From Torpedo marmorata (lineage: Eukaryota), in NCBI GenBank assembly GCA_977017645.1, contig OZ360221.1, positions 157,604,001 to 157,668,000 on the forward strand: a stretch of DNA of 64,000 bases, written 5' to 3'. Position 1 is the first letter of the stretch; each line of letters starts with the position of its first letter. The position numbers and the translations under genes were made by a program. Below are positions 36,598 to 49,780 of the stretch, piece by piece. The notes beneath the pieces are model-generated. The model saw nothing but the letters and a program-made list of their open reading frames with translations, searched no databases and had not been told where the DNA came from.

Positions 36598-37859
36598 TGT
36601 TGCAACCTGAGCCTAGCTTGGCAGAGTTAACTCTCTTTGTCCTCTTTATGTGGCCTATAAAACGGGCTGAAACACACATGCACCTTGATTCAGTGGCCCC
36701 GAGCTTATTTTGTACCTTTAGATAGCTTTAACTCCGATTACATAAAGGTGATTTGTTAAGTAATAGCCCATGAAATTCAAGAAAAAAAGGGCAAATGAAT
36801 TCAAGATATTTTGAAATATAAGCTAATATTGCAATAACGCACCATATTTTTAGGCTGCGTTCAATTCGTGTGTTGTGGGCATCTAAAAAGACTCCATCAG
36901 AATCTTAAAAAAATCCTTATTCCTGACTTCAGATTTATGTGATCTTTAGGATTGTTGGTAAATATTGTCTTCCCTTCCGATCAACTACTTTAGGCGAGGG
37001 GACTTTTCGATCGGTTCATATTCCGTTATCACGTTAATGAACGATATCGTCGTTGTCGGAAGTTTCCAGTTTCGTTTACTGATACTGCAGAATTTCCTAT
37101 AACAATGGTTCTGTGCGATCACATCAACTGATATTATAAAATGAAGGGAATTGGATTTTATAACGAGAGAAATTTCAGTTCAATCAAACTTGCCTCCGAA
37201 GTAACAAAAAATATCACAGCTGTTTATTATTGAAAAGCTTTCAACGTGCACTTGCTAGTTGTGTGCTATTGGGAATTTCGTGTTCCTGACAATTTATTGG
37301 TCGGCTTCTCTGAATAGCATTTAACCATAAAAGGGCAGACTCAGAGATCACAATGTGTACTGAAACTTTTAATAAGATAGCTTAAAGGCGGCCGTTTTAC
37401 TTTGAATTTATAGAAATAGAACGAGTGAACAAAGACGAAAGAAAATGTACAATATAGAAAGGTAGCTGAAAGAACACATCCTTTTCTGTTTCTCTATTTA
37501 TCACTGGGTTTTCGTTTGACGAATTAATCTGAACAGCTTCAGGGTACAGATAGAAAAGTGGCGTTGTGCCCTCTATTTCAGCAGCGTCCTGGCAACAGGG
37601 CAATTTTCTATCATCAAGGATAAATGGCATCGAACAGTGCATTCTGACATAAAAAAGAAACCCCATGATTGCTGACATGGCTGTCACTCATGTCACACAC
37701 ACACACACGTGTGTGCACATGTCCCGTCAACTCCGAGCAGACTCACTGTGATTATGGCTTCTCATTTGGCATACCGCATTTCCACGCGTGTCGACTAAAA
37801 CGCTTTGCTTGTTCATGGCTATGAATACAATAGGGATAAAGACAAGCGTGCGAATGTCA

Positions 37860-38010
37860 GTGCTCGGAATATGTGTACTCGTTACATTTTGGAAGCTAGT
37901 TATTCTAAAAATAAAACCTTGGATAATTACACAGGAAAAAAAGGGGAAGCATCACCATAATTTGCTGCAATTACAGCGTCTCTAAAGTCACGTCAATTAA
38001 ACAGGATGAA
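37860..38010. promoter_or_regulatory. Candidate Dlx5/6 upstream enhancer (MEF2 plus homeodomain sites)
   Basis: MEF2 consensus CTAAAAATAA (37905-37914) next to ATAATTAC (37923-37930), CATAATTT, GCAATTAC and CAATTAA, ~6 kb upstream of Dlx6. Confidence 0.5.
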
Positions 38011-38327
38011 AACAGTTCAGGCTTCTTATATGCTGCGTCAATGCATTAAAAATGGACACGAATTGCTTGGGTGTGTAAAAAGAAAGGTAAATATTTTCCA
38101 AGTCAGATTACTCCTTTCTCTGAATTTTAACAATACTTTTAAAAACCTTAGAACATTTGGGCATATGCAGATCTCCTTGTTCGTGCTTACATTTTGTTTC
38201 AGTTACCTATTCGCTGACAGTTTTGTTTTAATTCCATTCTCAAGAGCAGTGCGATCGATGCCGGGCCGATTATCAATTGCTTCAACCTGTCTGATATTAA
38301 CAAAGCGAGGGTCGTCAAAGAAAATCA

Positions 38328-38329
38328 GT

Positions 38330-38373
<44 letters not shown>
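38328..38373. repeat. (TG)n(GA)n microsatellite
   Basis: Direct reading. Confidence 0.95.
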
Positions 38374-38376
<3 letters not shown>

Positions 38377-41300
38377 GTGGATTTTAAAGGACCAAATCTT
38401 GAAAAATGTATAAGATCATCCCTAAAATGCAATGATTTTGTTCGTTTTTTCTTAGCCGCACAGTAAGCAGTAAATAACCAGTTTGAATTGAAAATAACTC
38501 CCAACTGAGAATTAATGGATCCGGCAAGCGGCAGTAAAACCACTTATGAAGCACCGCTGTTCTGAGGGAACTGTAGATTGGAAACATTTCTAAAATCGTA
38601 AAATTATGTAGTGCCAAATCTATATCTACATATGATTGAGATTAAGAGCAGTGCTCAAGAAAATTGATTTGTTTAACGGTTTGGACATACTTAGATTAAT
38701 TTGAAGGCTTTTGCATCTTCTCCACCCGCATCTCCCGTTCTCTCCCATCCCTATATCCCCATCCACACACACGCCCGCGCACGCGCTCACACACACAGCG
38801 AGAAATCTATTTAATCACAATTCAATAAATCGACTTTTTAAAATTGCAATCTATAATAAGCGGATCTTCAAAGATGAATGTTTTCCACAATTATTCCGCT
38901 TCCGAAATTCATTGTAAACATTTGTCTAAAATGTCCTCTTAAACATGCCTTTTTTTTTGCTAACTCTGAAGTAGGAGCCCCGTGTGCGGGGATGGGGAAT
39001 TAGGGTACAGGTCGATGCATGCTATTTATAGCGTTGGATTTCTGAATACTTTAGCAAATAGTTAAATTCATTCCTCTGTGACATTAAATTAGATTATTTG
39101 AAGTGTGTGGCCGTCAAGTTCCCTTCCAGTCCTCAAAAATGCAAGAAATAACCCAAATCATCCATAGGAACCAGAGAGGTGCACGTTCTTATTCACGTTC
39201 TTCACCCGGATTTATTAGAATTTATGTACTCCACGTGAAATATTGAACAAGCTCACAGCAATCACTTTTTTTTTTCAAAATGGCCTATTTTGATGTGAAA
39301 TTTTACTTCCCAGAAATTATCCCATTATCGTTTACCTTTAATTAATACTACACATAACAGTTACTTATTTAGGCTTGTGGATCCTTGCTTAAGTATAAAG
39401 TGCTTTAAATCTTTGTTATTTGTTTATTTGTTCGGAACAGTTAAACATTCGTTACCCTTGTGCAATTTGTAACCAACTCTTGCCGTGCTGCAGAATATAG
39501 CTCCAGCACTAGACAAGCTCGACGAGAATGTCCAGGTTTACAATTGCTTCATTGTTAGCAGGTCTGTGTAGCCATGTTTTAAACGTGTCATTCCAGCTTC
39601 AGTGGGGGAACAACTATTTTATTTTCTATTGTTTCAATTTTGAAATATTCTGCTAAAATGTTTAAACCTCGGCTGTGTTTTGATTTCATTTTTCATGAAG
39701 GGATTCAAGATCTCCAGGTTTGTTTTCAATGGACGCGTTTAAAAATATACTGTATCAAGAATAAAGACAGTGATGACAAGAATAATAAATATGTCTTTCT
39801 GATAATAACGACACCGCTCGCAGTGTGGATTAACTTTCAAAGATTTGTGATTTGATAACAAGACAAAGTTGTTGGTGCACTGCAAGATAGATAATCTATA
39901 TCTCAAATAGACGTAAATTACTTTAAATTACAGTGAAGCTGGTTTCGAATTCGAAAATAATACTTTATTTACAATTTCCTTGACACTATTGGTGTGCAAA
40001 TCATTGGCGCTGTTCGTCTACTACAACAGTAATAATCATAGTGTTATTTTGCCAAGAAAAAAAAAGTACAGTACTTTGCTTTCGCTCCTGACGCCTAAAT
40101 TTCAACCAAAACACAATGGCACCTGGTATTGGCGTTGAATAATCTCTACAAGATGTTGGGCATCGTTAGACGATTAAGTGCCCCTCGAACTGGATTTAAA
40201 CAGGATCTTCCATAAATTTATGCACTGTCTATCAAATTTTGTTCCGCAATATATTTCAATTGCTCTGTTGTTTTTAAAGCTTTGGATGATATTTAGCATC
40301 CAGTGTGTTTATTTCTCGGAAGTACTGATAAAGCGAGTTGGTCCAAAATCGTTAAAATATTTAATCAATTAAATGTTCACATGGCTGCTATGAGAAACAA
40401 ATATGAGCTATACATATATCGTGCTCATATCTTATTTGCAATTAAAATGTTGCAGTTGTAAAGTACTGGCAAATTCTTTACAAGAGCTTCATCATATATA
40501 TATCAACAACTCTTAACACTCGCTTTTTTATGACAATTTGCTTACTTTACCCGTTCATTCCCGGGGTTTGTCTACAACAAAGATTGGAGTAATTCTCCAT
40601 GTAAGTTAGTAAATGGTCTGCCGATCTACCTAACCTTTGAAAGAGCAGGGTCAAATGAACGAAGAAGTATCTTTACACTGAAATGTTTTAAAATCCTTTT
40701 CGTGCTTTTTAAAGTAAACGTTTCACTTTTATTTGTGAGATTAGAAATCGTTTAGTATTGGGCACCATTAAGCTTATTATCATTTAGTTGCTTAACGCGC
40801 ATTCCAGTTAAAAATAAGTCTGATGATAACGGGAAATAACATTGGGTGTAGGCCTATTAAATTTTGAGATGCTATGTGCGCCAAAAGGTTCGTGTAAAAA
40901 TGACTAGGTTCCCAGAGAAATATCAATTAGAGAATCGTTTCCACATACTTAAAACTAATCGCTGAAAATGTTAAATCGCCGTGCAATTTGAAACGTTGTC
41001 CAAAATATGAACTTGTGCGCAGAGATACATTCATGCCGGTATAAATAAAAATGCTAACTTGTCATATGCTATAGATCCAAAGCGAGTTGAGATGTGCATT
41101 CACTGGTCTGCTTGTAACGGTTCCTCAAACAATAGAATAGATCTAGAAATAGAGAATGAGGATAATTGCGTTGTCTGCCTCACATATAATTGTTATTCTG
41201 CGTAGCAATTCTCGATATATTTTATCCATATTAGTGCTTCAACCGTATGTATGCCTGCATGTATTTTGGCATGCGTTTAGGTATATATTTGAACATTTGG

Positions 41301-43179
41301 TTTAGTAATAATGCGGGATGTCAATGTCCGGTTGCACCTGTCAGCGGAATATCGCTTGGGTTTTAGAATTTAGCCCCATTTTCTTCCACACTGCTGCCAT
41401 CCTTTTCCTCGATTCAAATTATCTTCTTAGTGGGAGAAATAACATCAGACAATGAACCTAGGTCAATGGCAACATTAATAAGGGCTAAAAGGGAGCAAAA
41501 CGCTTGCTGGCAATGCAACGGCGAAGCAATGATTTTAACACTTCGATGTTTATATTGTTCTATTACCGTACTATAACTGAAAGCAGTCAACAGAGCCATT
41601 TGGTAATTTAGTGGAATACTGCCGAATTACAGCAGTACAAAAAGAATAGGGTTTGATTTTTAAATCGATGGCTTTAAAATCATAATGTAATTGTATAGTC
41701 AAGGGAGTTCAGTATATTGTTTAAGGCGTTGCCTCTGTAATGTGATGAGAGATTATACTGGAATGTGTTGTGGAATTATTGTAATATTACGTTTTGTGTA
41801 CCTCGGTAAATTATTAAGTTTATGTACCTGGCGCTATCCATTAGCTGACAAAGGACTTGCACTATGTTTAAAACTTCAGTAACTCTCTTTCTTGGGTTAT
41901 TTGTAACGACAAATAAAGCAGTTGTGTTTTCACTTTCTCTTAGTTTCCCCCGTTAACTCTTTTTCCCCCTGTATTATTTCAGTCGTTGTTGTACTGATCT
42001 GAACATCTAACCAAAACCAAATAGACAAAAATCAATAGTTTGTTCACTTTGTGGAAATGATCCGAAATCGTCAGCTAACCTAATGGGTCGAAAAGAATAT
42101 CTCGTCGAAACAAATTAAACTGCCTGTATGTTGAATTTTGTTAATCGTGTAATACTATTCTCGTGCTGATATGAAATCGAAGCTAAAAGATACAGCAAGC
42201 AAAATGCATCTTATGACACACTCTGAATGTGCAAACGTAACAAATCATGAAATCTTACGCGAATCTAAGTAGACGGGCGCGCTATAATCGCCCGTTAAAG
42301 TAATGGTATGAACAGATTGTGGTGAGCTTGTATCCCCACCGTTCAACATGCCAACAGCGAAAGAGTTGTTGCCTAGTAGTTGACCTTCCAATTAACAGTG
42401 ATATTGCGAACGAATGTTGTTTTGAGGGGTTTGCATCTCATTTTAAAGAATACTTATACTGAACTCACCTCTTCCGTCAGATGAATCCAAAGTCCATCCG
42501 AAATGTATGTTGTCCGAATTTGTTTATTTTTCCGTGTATAATTGAAAATAGAGACCGGTGTTTTTGTCGCTGAGCAAGTCTTCTCAGAATGTTTACTCTC
42601 GATTGAACGTGGAGAAAGGGACAGTGCCATCCATGAGATGCGATTTAAAAGACCGTGTAAACAACCGTTATAAAGTTCTTTTTATAGTGAAATGAGCATT
42701 GATACCAAAGGCTGCAGTTAGACAACCACTTTGATAAGAGGATAATTGATGCGACAGTAGCGTATAATTAGAGGATAATTATGCTATATCCACTATTTTA
42801 TTCGAAATGCGGTCATAATCATTAAAAGACAATTGTGGGGAAATTCATTGTAGCAATTTTAGAATAATTAAGATACATTTTGTGCATTTCTAAGTTGGCC
42901 CATAATTAACTCTGCACATATCATCCCAAAAGCAAATATAACACTCTATTGCATATTTAATTATATTGATAATACAGTGAACCCATTCATAATTTAAACC
43001 TAATTAATTTTGTACAGCACGTCTACATACTTTAAATCATGCTCAAATTTGCCAAACCGCCAACCACATTCATAATTTGCATATCGTTCAAGCAGGAGAG
43101 CATTTTCTGACTCCCGTGGATAAGGAGGAGTTAACTTCGAGTGCCGGAGCTTCCTCATCAGAAAGAAACGGAGCGTTTA

Positions 43180-43868
43180 TGGCTACCGAGTTAACTGTCT
43201 TCCTTCTCCCGCTAATTACATTAAAATTGTAATTTGAATGCAAAATGTCGATTATTTTCATGTAAACATATATTTCTGCGTAATCATTGCACGGATAATG
43301 TTTAAGTTCCTTTTGCTGTGTAGCTTCATTAAAAATAAAATTACTTGAGAATAAAAATTCAACCTTCGAGACTATAAGTGTAATATTTCGTAATATGGTC
43401 CAGTGCTATCGAAATAACAGCGTGATTTGAGGGTTATAATTCATTTGGAGCTTTGCAAAGCGAAAGCAATTATTGGCGATGTTATGAAAGGTTGTTTGGC
43501 TGTGCTTTAAGTTACTCTGCTTAACCCACTGTTGACTGCATCCACTGAATCCAGTGAAAGTTGCAGGAAGATGACGAGGCAGAGAGATGACCAATCAGAA
43601 GCTGCTGCCCTTTGGAGACAAATCATTCGACTTGTGGCACATTACACCATCTGCATCAAATCTGAAAGCAGAGCCTTAACTTTAGCAGAATCTACTAAAA
43701 GACTGCCTCAACTCCGTCCGTCCTCCACTCAACTTGGAAGTCCAAAATAACCTTCTACTTAAAAACAATAGGAGTTAACACGCCCGCACTTTCTCCTCGG
43801 GAGATTTACTTTCTTCATGAAAAAGAGATATTTCGCTTTTAAGAGTTGTTTTCGATTGAATATTTATA
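43180..43868 (+). promoter_or_regulatory. Dlx6 proximal promoter/5' UTR region
   Basis: Immediately upstream of the ATG; CCAAT at 43591; TAATTA-rich unique block at 43190-43340; TSS not determinable from sequence. Confidence 0.5.
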
Positions 43869-44157
43869 ATGACCATGACTACGATGGCTGACGGTTTGGA
43901 AGCCCCGGACTCCAAATCTGCTTTCATGGAGTTTGGCCAGCAGTCCCAGCAAAGTTCTCCAGCCATGTCTCACAGTCACTACCCAGTGCATTGCCTGCAC
44001 TCAGGACACTCACACCAGCACGACAGCTCGTACCCGGCCGTCAACACTTACAACAGACCCCTGCCTTATCCCTACGTGAGTCACTCTCATCACAGCCCTT
44101 ACCTGCCGTCCTACCACAGCAACAGCACTGGCAGCCAGACACGTTTAGACGAGGCAG
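43869..44157 (+). CDS. dlx6: Distal-less homeobox 6, coding exon 1
   Basis: MTMTTMADGLEAPDSKSAFMEFGQQSQQSSPAMSHSHYPVHCLHS... matches the DLX6 N-terminus; donor G|GTGAGT at 44157/44158, phase 1. Confidence 0.97.
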
Positions 44158-44732
44158 GTGAGTCTTCGACCAGACAGGGTTATCCATTTTTCGGGCTTCC
44201 GTCTTCTTGATTAAATTGTAAACTTCCCGAGTCACAATATCATCTCCTCTTTCAGCAACCACATTTTTTCGTGTGTCGACTATTGATATTTCCCTTCTTT
44301 ATTTTACTTCATTGCTTCAATATCATTTGAAACGTTATTTTTCGTGTCGTATGCCTCTAACGCTCTTCTGCTTGGGGGATATTTTAATGGGGATGTTGTG
44401 TCAATGCATAGCTCAAATATCTGGCCATTATTTGATGGGAATATACATTTTGATCATCAAGTAACCCCATATCATTGCTACCTCCGTCATTAGGAAGTTA
44501 CCGTGTACGTTTATTTACAAATAATTGATCTTCTATTAATTCTTATTGTTAAATTACGATTTTTCAGGGCCGCCAGTGAAGATTGTTCATTGTAATTTGC
44601 CGGGGGCGGAGGGGAGAGGGCTACAAGGGTGGACTGGTGTTAAGGAACTAAAGATAGAATTTAACCCGGTGGAATTGTTAGCGAAGTTGTTCACGTCTTT
44701 GAACGTCTATAAAGGAATAAAGGCGTCGAGGG

Positions 44733-44735
44733 AGA

Positions 44736-44775
<40 letters not shown>
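44733..44775. repeat. (GA)n microsatellite in dlx6 intron 1
   Basis: Direct reading. Confidence 0.95.
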
Positions 44776-44777
<2 letters not shown>

Positions 44778-44861
44778 TACAAAGCAATTCACATTGAAAT
44801 AGATTAAGGAATAAGCTGTGAACAGGGCCGTGGAACATGTCGGCATATGCTTGTTTTCCAG

Positions 44862-45055
44862 AGCAACAAAAGACAACAGTGATTGAAAACGGTGAGATCC
44901 GCTTCAATGGGAAAGGGAAAAAAATCCGCAAGCCTCGAACTATTTATTCAAGCCTACAGCTGCAGGCGTTAAATCACCGTTTCCAACAGACTCAATATTT
45001 GGCATTACCCGAGAGAGCCGAGCTGGCTGCTTCGCTGGGACTCACGCAGACTCAG
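44862..45055 (+). CDS. dlx6: Distal-less homeobox 6, coding exon 2 (homeodomain N-part)
   Basis: Acceptor ttttccag|; (E)[64 protein letters not shown]; donor CAG|GTACAG. Confidence 0.98.
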
Positions 45056-48000
45056 GTACAGTACTCAGGAAAGAACATCTGAGCTCACTTTTAGCACTTC
45101 CTGCAACCCCTCTATTTTTCAAGTTATGTACAGATACTATGAAGGTTCAATTTCACAGAACACATTCACAAGTGTTCACTAAGAGTGCCGGCGGCTTGTT
45201 ACCAGCACGATGCATGAAATGGCTCGAAACATGTTGCACAGGAACGTTATCACTGGAACGTTTCGACCACATTATCCACGTTGCATTAAATGTCGTCCTT
45301 TCAGTTTAAGATAATTATCTTCCTGCATTGTTTCAGCTTACATCAAAACGGCTACTTGCCCCAAAGTACAAAATGGTAACTGCAGCTTTAAGAGCACCAC
45401 GTGGCTCTTGTTCAACAAATATCAGATTAATCAAATCTCAACATTGTATTTTTTTTAACCTTTTTATCTGGATATTTTTGAGGTAAAGCAATTGGATGTG
45501 ACTTAATTTAAGCGTTGATTCCAATTGCCCTTTTGCCTTTTATTTGATCCCACTTTATTTGATGTTTGTTTGGAAAGAATTTTTGGCTCAACTGTAAACG
45601 CGGAGATTTGCTGCTTATGTCTTTGTTTTTTTAAAGCGGCCCATGCAAAACCACAATAGAATAAATCTGTTCACCTCAAGTTGACCATATGCACAGTCCA
45701 CGTGCAAATAAATGACAGCAAATACAGTATTAAAATATTACCTTTCTTTCGTCCATAAAGCCCAAAGCATCCAGTGTATATTTAAACAGCTCTAAAGATA
45801 GCCTTGTTACAAAATTAGTTACCTCATTTCATTTGCGGGCGTCAAAGATGACACGACTAAAAAGAGAATACTGTACGTTTTGGCAGGATTCGAGCGTAGT
45901 TTCTTCAAATCTGAATTCGATTTAGTTATCTTTGAAACAGGGATTAAAGGAAGTGTCAACACTTGCTTAAAAACTCTACATATGCTTGGGATCATGCAAT
46001 ATAATTGATGGTTTTCCATTTGCTCAGAAATAAACATAGGCTCTTCGTTCAGCAAGATAAATTGGCAAATAGTCTGTAATGTTTTCAATACTTGGATAAA
46101 CAATCTTCGGATTTGTTTTTCTGATATAGACTTCTGAGTCAGAATTTTTAAAAAATATAGGCTTCATTGATTTAATTACAGCGACTACCGAGACGTCCTT
46201 GGAATGCTGCACTAATATAATGGGGGACAGTGGGAGGCGAAGAAAATGTGCAGAATTTCCAGTTTATTTAGTACTTAAGTGCCTCTTGACAGTTGAGAGT
46301 ATATGTCTTCCATTTTGGTGGTAGTTACAGGCATTGATTTACCATTACAAATTGCAAAATTGTTGTTCATTGGAAATCAATTAAAAAATTCGTATTTCAC
46401 GCAGTTTAAATGTCTCAATAAACAATTATCTCGCGCATTCATTTTTTGCTTAAAATATCTGTTTAAAATCAAACTAAAGAAACTAGAATGATTAATTGGG
46501 TGACATGAGCCTTACAGCATTATAAAGATGCTTGTGCACTCCATTGTTCCAACAGCTGATGTTATTTATTTTTCAAAAACACATTTTCTTGGACGTCAGT
46601 CTTTCTAAGAAATTTCACGTCGTATGAACTCTACAACACAACAATACTAACAGTATGGGATTTAAGTAAATACTTTTTTTCTGCCGTTGTCAAATTTCTT
46701 TCAATATATTTAGCAATGCTCATTGCAATAAACCCCAAATACGCCAGATTTGAAAGCACCAGAAAGCATCGTAGTTGGAATGATTTTCATTGATGGATGA
46801 TTAAACCCATTTTTTACTTAGACATAAAGCTTACCAGTCAAGTTCACAATGCACATTTTTGATTACGCTGTCTGTTTTGAACCGCTTGACAAGTACAGAC
46901 AATATCTACTTCGCCTTTGTTTCTTGAGGGGAACGTCGGTGGTGATGCTGAGGGATTGGGGGATGGAGATAGTGAGGTGGGGAGAGATGAGACACGATAC
47001 AATTATGACGTAAAAGAGTTTACGATTAATCGTTGAGGGATAAACTGGGAAGGAATGAAATCCGCGTATTAACTAGCATATATTTCATCAAAATGGCTGT
47101 AATTATGAAGCAGCCACAAATCGGAACCGTAGACATATAGTCAATCTTGGCAACATTGATGCAATTTTATAAAAGCCCGCCGTTGTTTAACTTTCTGGAG
47201 TGGAACCGCCAGTTTGTTCAAAGTCTGTTTGAAATATACTAATTCCACAGTAAAAATATTACTATTTAAACCGGTGATCGTGACCATTATGAATTTCTAC
47301 ATGCCGGAACCAGGTTCCATTGAGTTAACAGCATAAACACCAAGCTTTTCTTCTTAGGCCTCTTAAAACCCTACTCCTTGTGTTGAATTTGAACTTCATT
47401 GAAATACCGAACGGGCGGAGCTTATCTTTGTACTGATCAGTACGAAATAATATAACGCATACACGAGGTTAATATGTGCTCTTAACTTGTTTAAATAAGC
47501 TAACAAGCTTGAATGGTTTTGACGTAAATACACAAAATTTACTACAACCACAGCGTCTGCAGCCTTTCTTGTTTTATTAAATAGTTTTGACGAATGTATT
47601 GTATCTAATGTTGCCTGAGAAGCAGGATGTTATTTTCTGTATTAGGAGCCATAAAATAGATTTGCAAATGGATCCACTCTTGTGGAGATTATTCAGTCGA
47701 TTGCATAATGCTCACCCTTTGATTTATATCTTTATTGCTTGATCGCGATACCGAGCATATTTTCTCTTCCATATCGGTGAAACGTTTTATATATACTATT
47801 TAATTATCACACAGTAACGCAATGCTCCACTCTCTTGGACATTTAAACAAATGTGCAAAATAATTTATACAGAATTATTTGTAGAAATCGACCAATTACT
47901 TCTGTACAGATATTTATCTTTTTCAGTCTTTCTCGCAATATCGTTTCTGATTATATTTCGATACCATGTTACTTTTTCAATGTCAGTACCGTTGACAATT

Positions 48001-48079
48001 TTACTAACTGTAAACAAAGATACTGACTGCCGTTTAAAGGCCGTGCATTTACATTTTAAACACGTGTTATTTATTGTAG

Positions 48080-48328
48080 GTGAAAATCTGGTTCCAGAAT
48101 AAACGCTCAAAGTTTAAGAAACTGATGAAACAGGGCGGGAATCCCCTTGAGAATGATTCCATGTCCGGGTCGGCTGGTCTCTCCCCTCGTTCCCCAGCCA
48201 TCCCGCCAGTGTGGGACATCTCAGCTTCGGCCAAAGGCGTCAATATGACCTCTAACAGTTATATGGCTGGCTATTCCTCCTGGTACTCCACGAGCCACCA
48301 AGACACCATGCAAAGACAGATGATGTAA
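48080..48328 (+). CDS. dlx6: Distal-less homeobox 6, coding exon 3
   Basis: Acceptor ttgtag|; [19 protein letters not shown]...[13 protein letters not shown]...[10 protein letters not shown]; spliced CDS 732 nt = 243 aa. Confidence 0.98.
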   Translation: MKIWFQNKRSKFKKLMKQGGNPLENDSMSGSAGLSPRSPAIPPVWDISASAKGVNMTSNSYMAGYSSWYSTSHQDTMQRQMM

Positions 48329-48707
48329 CACCCTGAAGCCAAAAATCTATCCATGGAGTGAAATCAGTGGGGTTAAGATACCCACGCGCCATTTTCAATG
48401 GATGATCCAGCAGCGATTACAGTTGCTAATAGCCATGTTAAATTGGACAAGCAATGGGCTAAAAGGAGGATTGGTCGATGACTGTAGACATTGCATAAAA
48501 GGCCTCCACCGTCTCCAGAGAGTCCATGGGAACCAATGATTACAAAATGCGAATGCATTGTGGAAGATTTTATGCTGATTTTAAAACGGCGTAGGTTGGT
48601 AATGCTAAAACGCACTGGAAGCAGATGAAAAGACACATTGTATGTATATATTGATTAATTTGTAGGTGTACATAGTTTATATGTTTTATGTTTCTTTCAT
48701 ATTGAGT

Positions 48708-48713
48708 AATAAA
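48708..48713 (+). terminator. Probable dlx6 polyadenylation signal
   Basis: AATAAA 380 nt after the stop, with a GT-rich stretch (gtgtcttgtggtt) downstream. Confidence 0.65.
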
Positions 48714-49367
48714 TCAAAAAGATCAACGTGTCTTGTGGTTAACTTTGTTTAAAACGACATGGAAGGAGTTTCACTTCACTGATACATTCGTTACAGGGTA
48801 AAAGTCCCGCTTAGTAAAGTATAGCATATTTTGAAAGGGAAAGCCTGAAGATTAGTTTCAAATTGCATCCAGAAAATTAGGCTCAAGTGATATTTTTCGG
48901 GACAATGCACGGTAAAAATATCAGAACGCCACAGAAAGATGTGCTGCATTAACAGCAAAGGAGTTATCGATTACAAGCAAGCTTAACATTTCTGCCACAG
49001 GCCTTAAATCCACATATTCGAGTCTAAAGCAATATCATGGAATCCACTGTAAATATTTTGCTTCAGTGAAAACAATGATGGAAAATAAACTGCTATTCTA
49101 TTTCAAGTCACACTAACGCACCTCCTTGTCGTCATTTGAGTCCTCGTTAGAGTAAAATAGAACTCACAGGTGAATATTTTAACTAAGCAAGAAACAACCA
49201 AATGATGAAAAAGAGGGTCAGTTTGAACCTTTGTAACCATGGGCCTATAAACATCACATTGAAAGCCGTTGAAACTTGGCCATTGATCTCAATTGACGAA
49301 GAAAAGACATGCCCACGATTCCAAAATGATGATAACTCTCAGTATGTGGAAAACCATAATTACTTAC

Positions 49368-49755
49368 CGAGATATAGTTGTTTGGTTCTTGTGAGCAACC
49401 AAGGAAATAAATTACAGAGCTCTATTATCAGCCACGGTTCTGATCTCATCTAATGGACTCGCCACTCCACCGGTAATATTGACTGATTTTCACGAACTCA
49501 GAAAGTCTCATGTAAAATATCCAACATGATCAATACTAAACAAAAACCTCCAGCTGCAGCCCCCGTTCAATTTAAAGCTGATACTTGGTACAATTTATGG
49601 TATTATTCGCGAGAAAGGTTCAGACCATCATAAAAGCGACTATAATTAGGGTAATTTTTGATGTAGCCCGCTGATTACAGCGTTTTTACAGTCAAAGGTA
49701 ATTATATGTAATTTTCTCCCACTTTTAATACTAAAGAGCTTTCGTTATTTAAGTG
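49368..49755 (-). ncRNA. Predicted exon of an Evf2/Dlx6os1 (DLX6-AS1)-like antisense lncRNA
   Basis: Minus-strand acceptor with a long polypyrimidine tract (ttctattctttctattttgtttcattcttcttcttccag|) at 49756, and donor TCG|GTAAGT at 49368/49367; the exon covers the I56i core, as mammalian Evf2 exon 2 does. Confidence 0.6.
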
Positions 49756-49780
49756 CTGGAAGAAGAAGAATGAAACAAAA
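49520..49780. promoter_or_regulatory. Intergenic enhancer I56i (ei) orthologue
   Basis: About 1.2 kb past the dlx6 stop; contains cctccagctgcag and ATAATTAGGGTAATTTTTGATGTAGCCCGCTGATTACAGCGTTTTTAC..., which I recall as the ultraconserved I56i core; DLX-type TAATT sites at 49642-49649 and 49698-49705. Confidence 0.8.
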
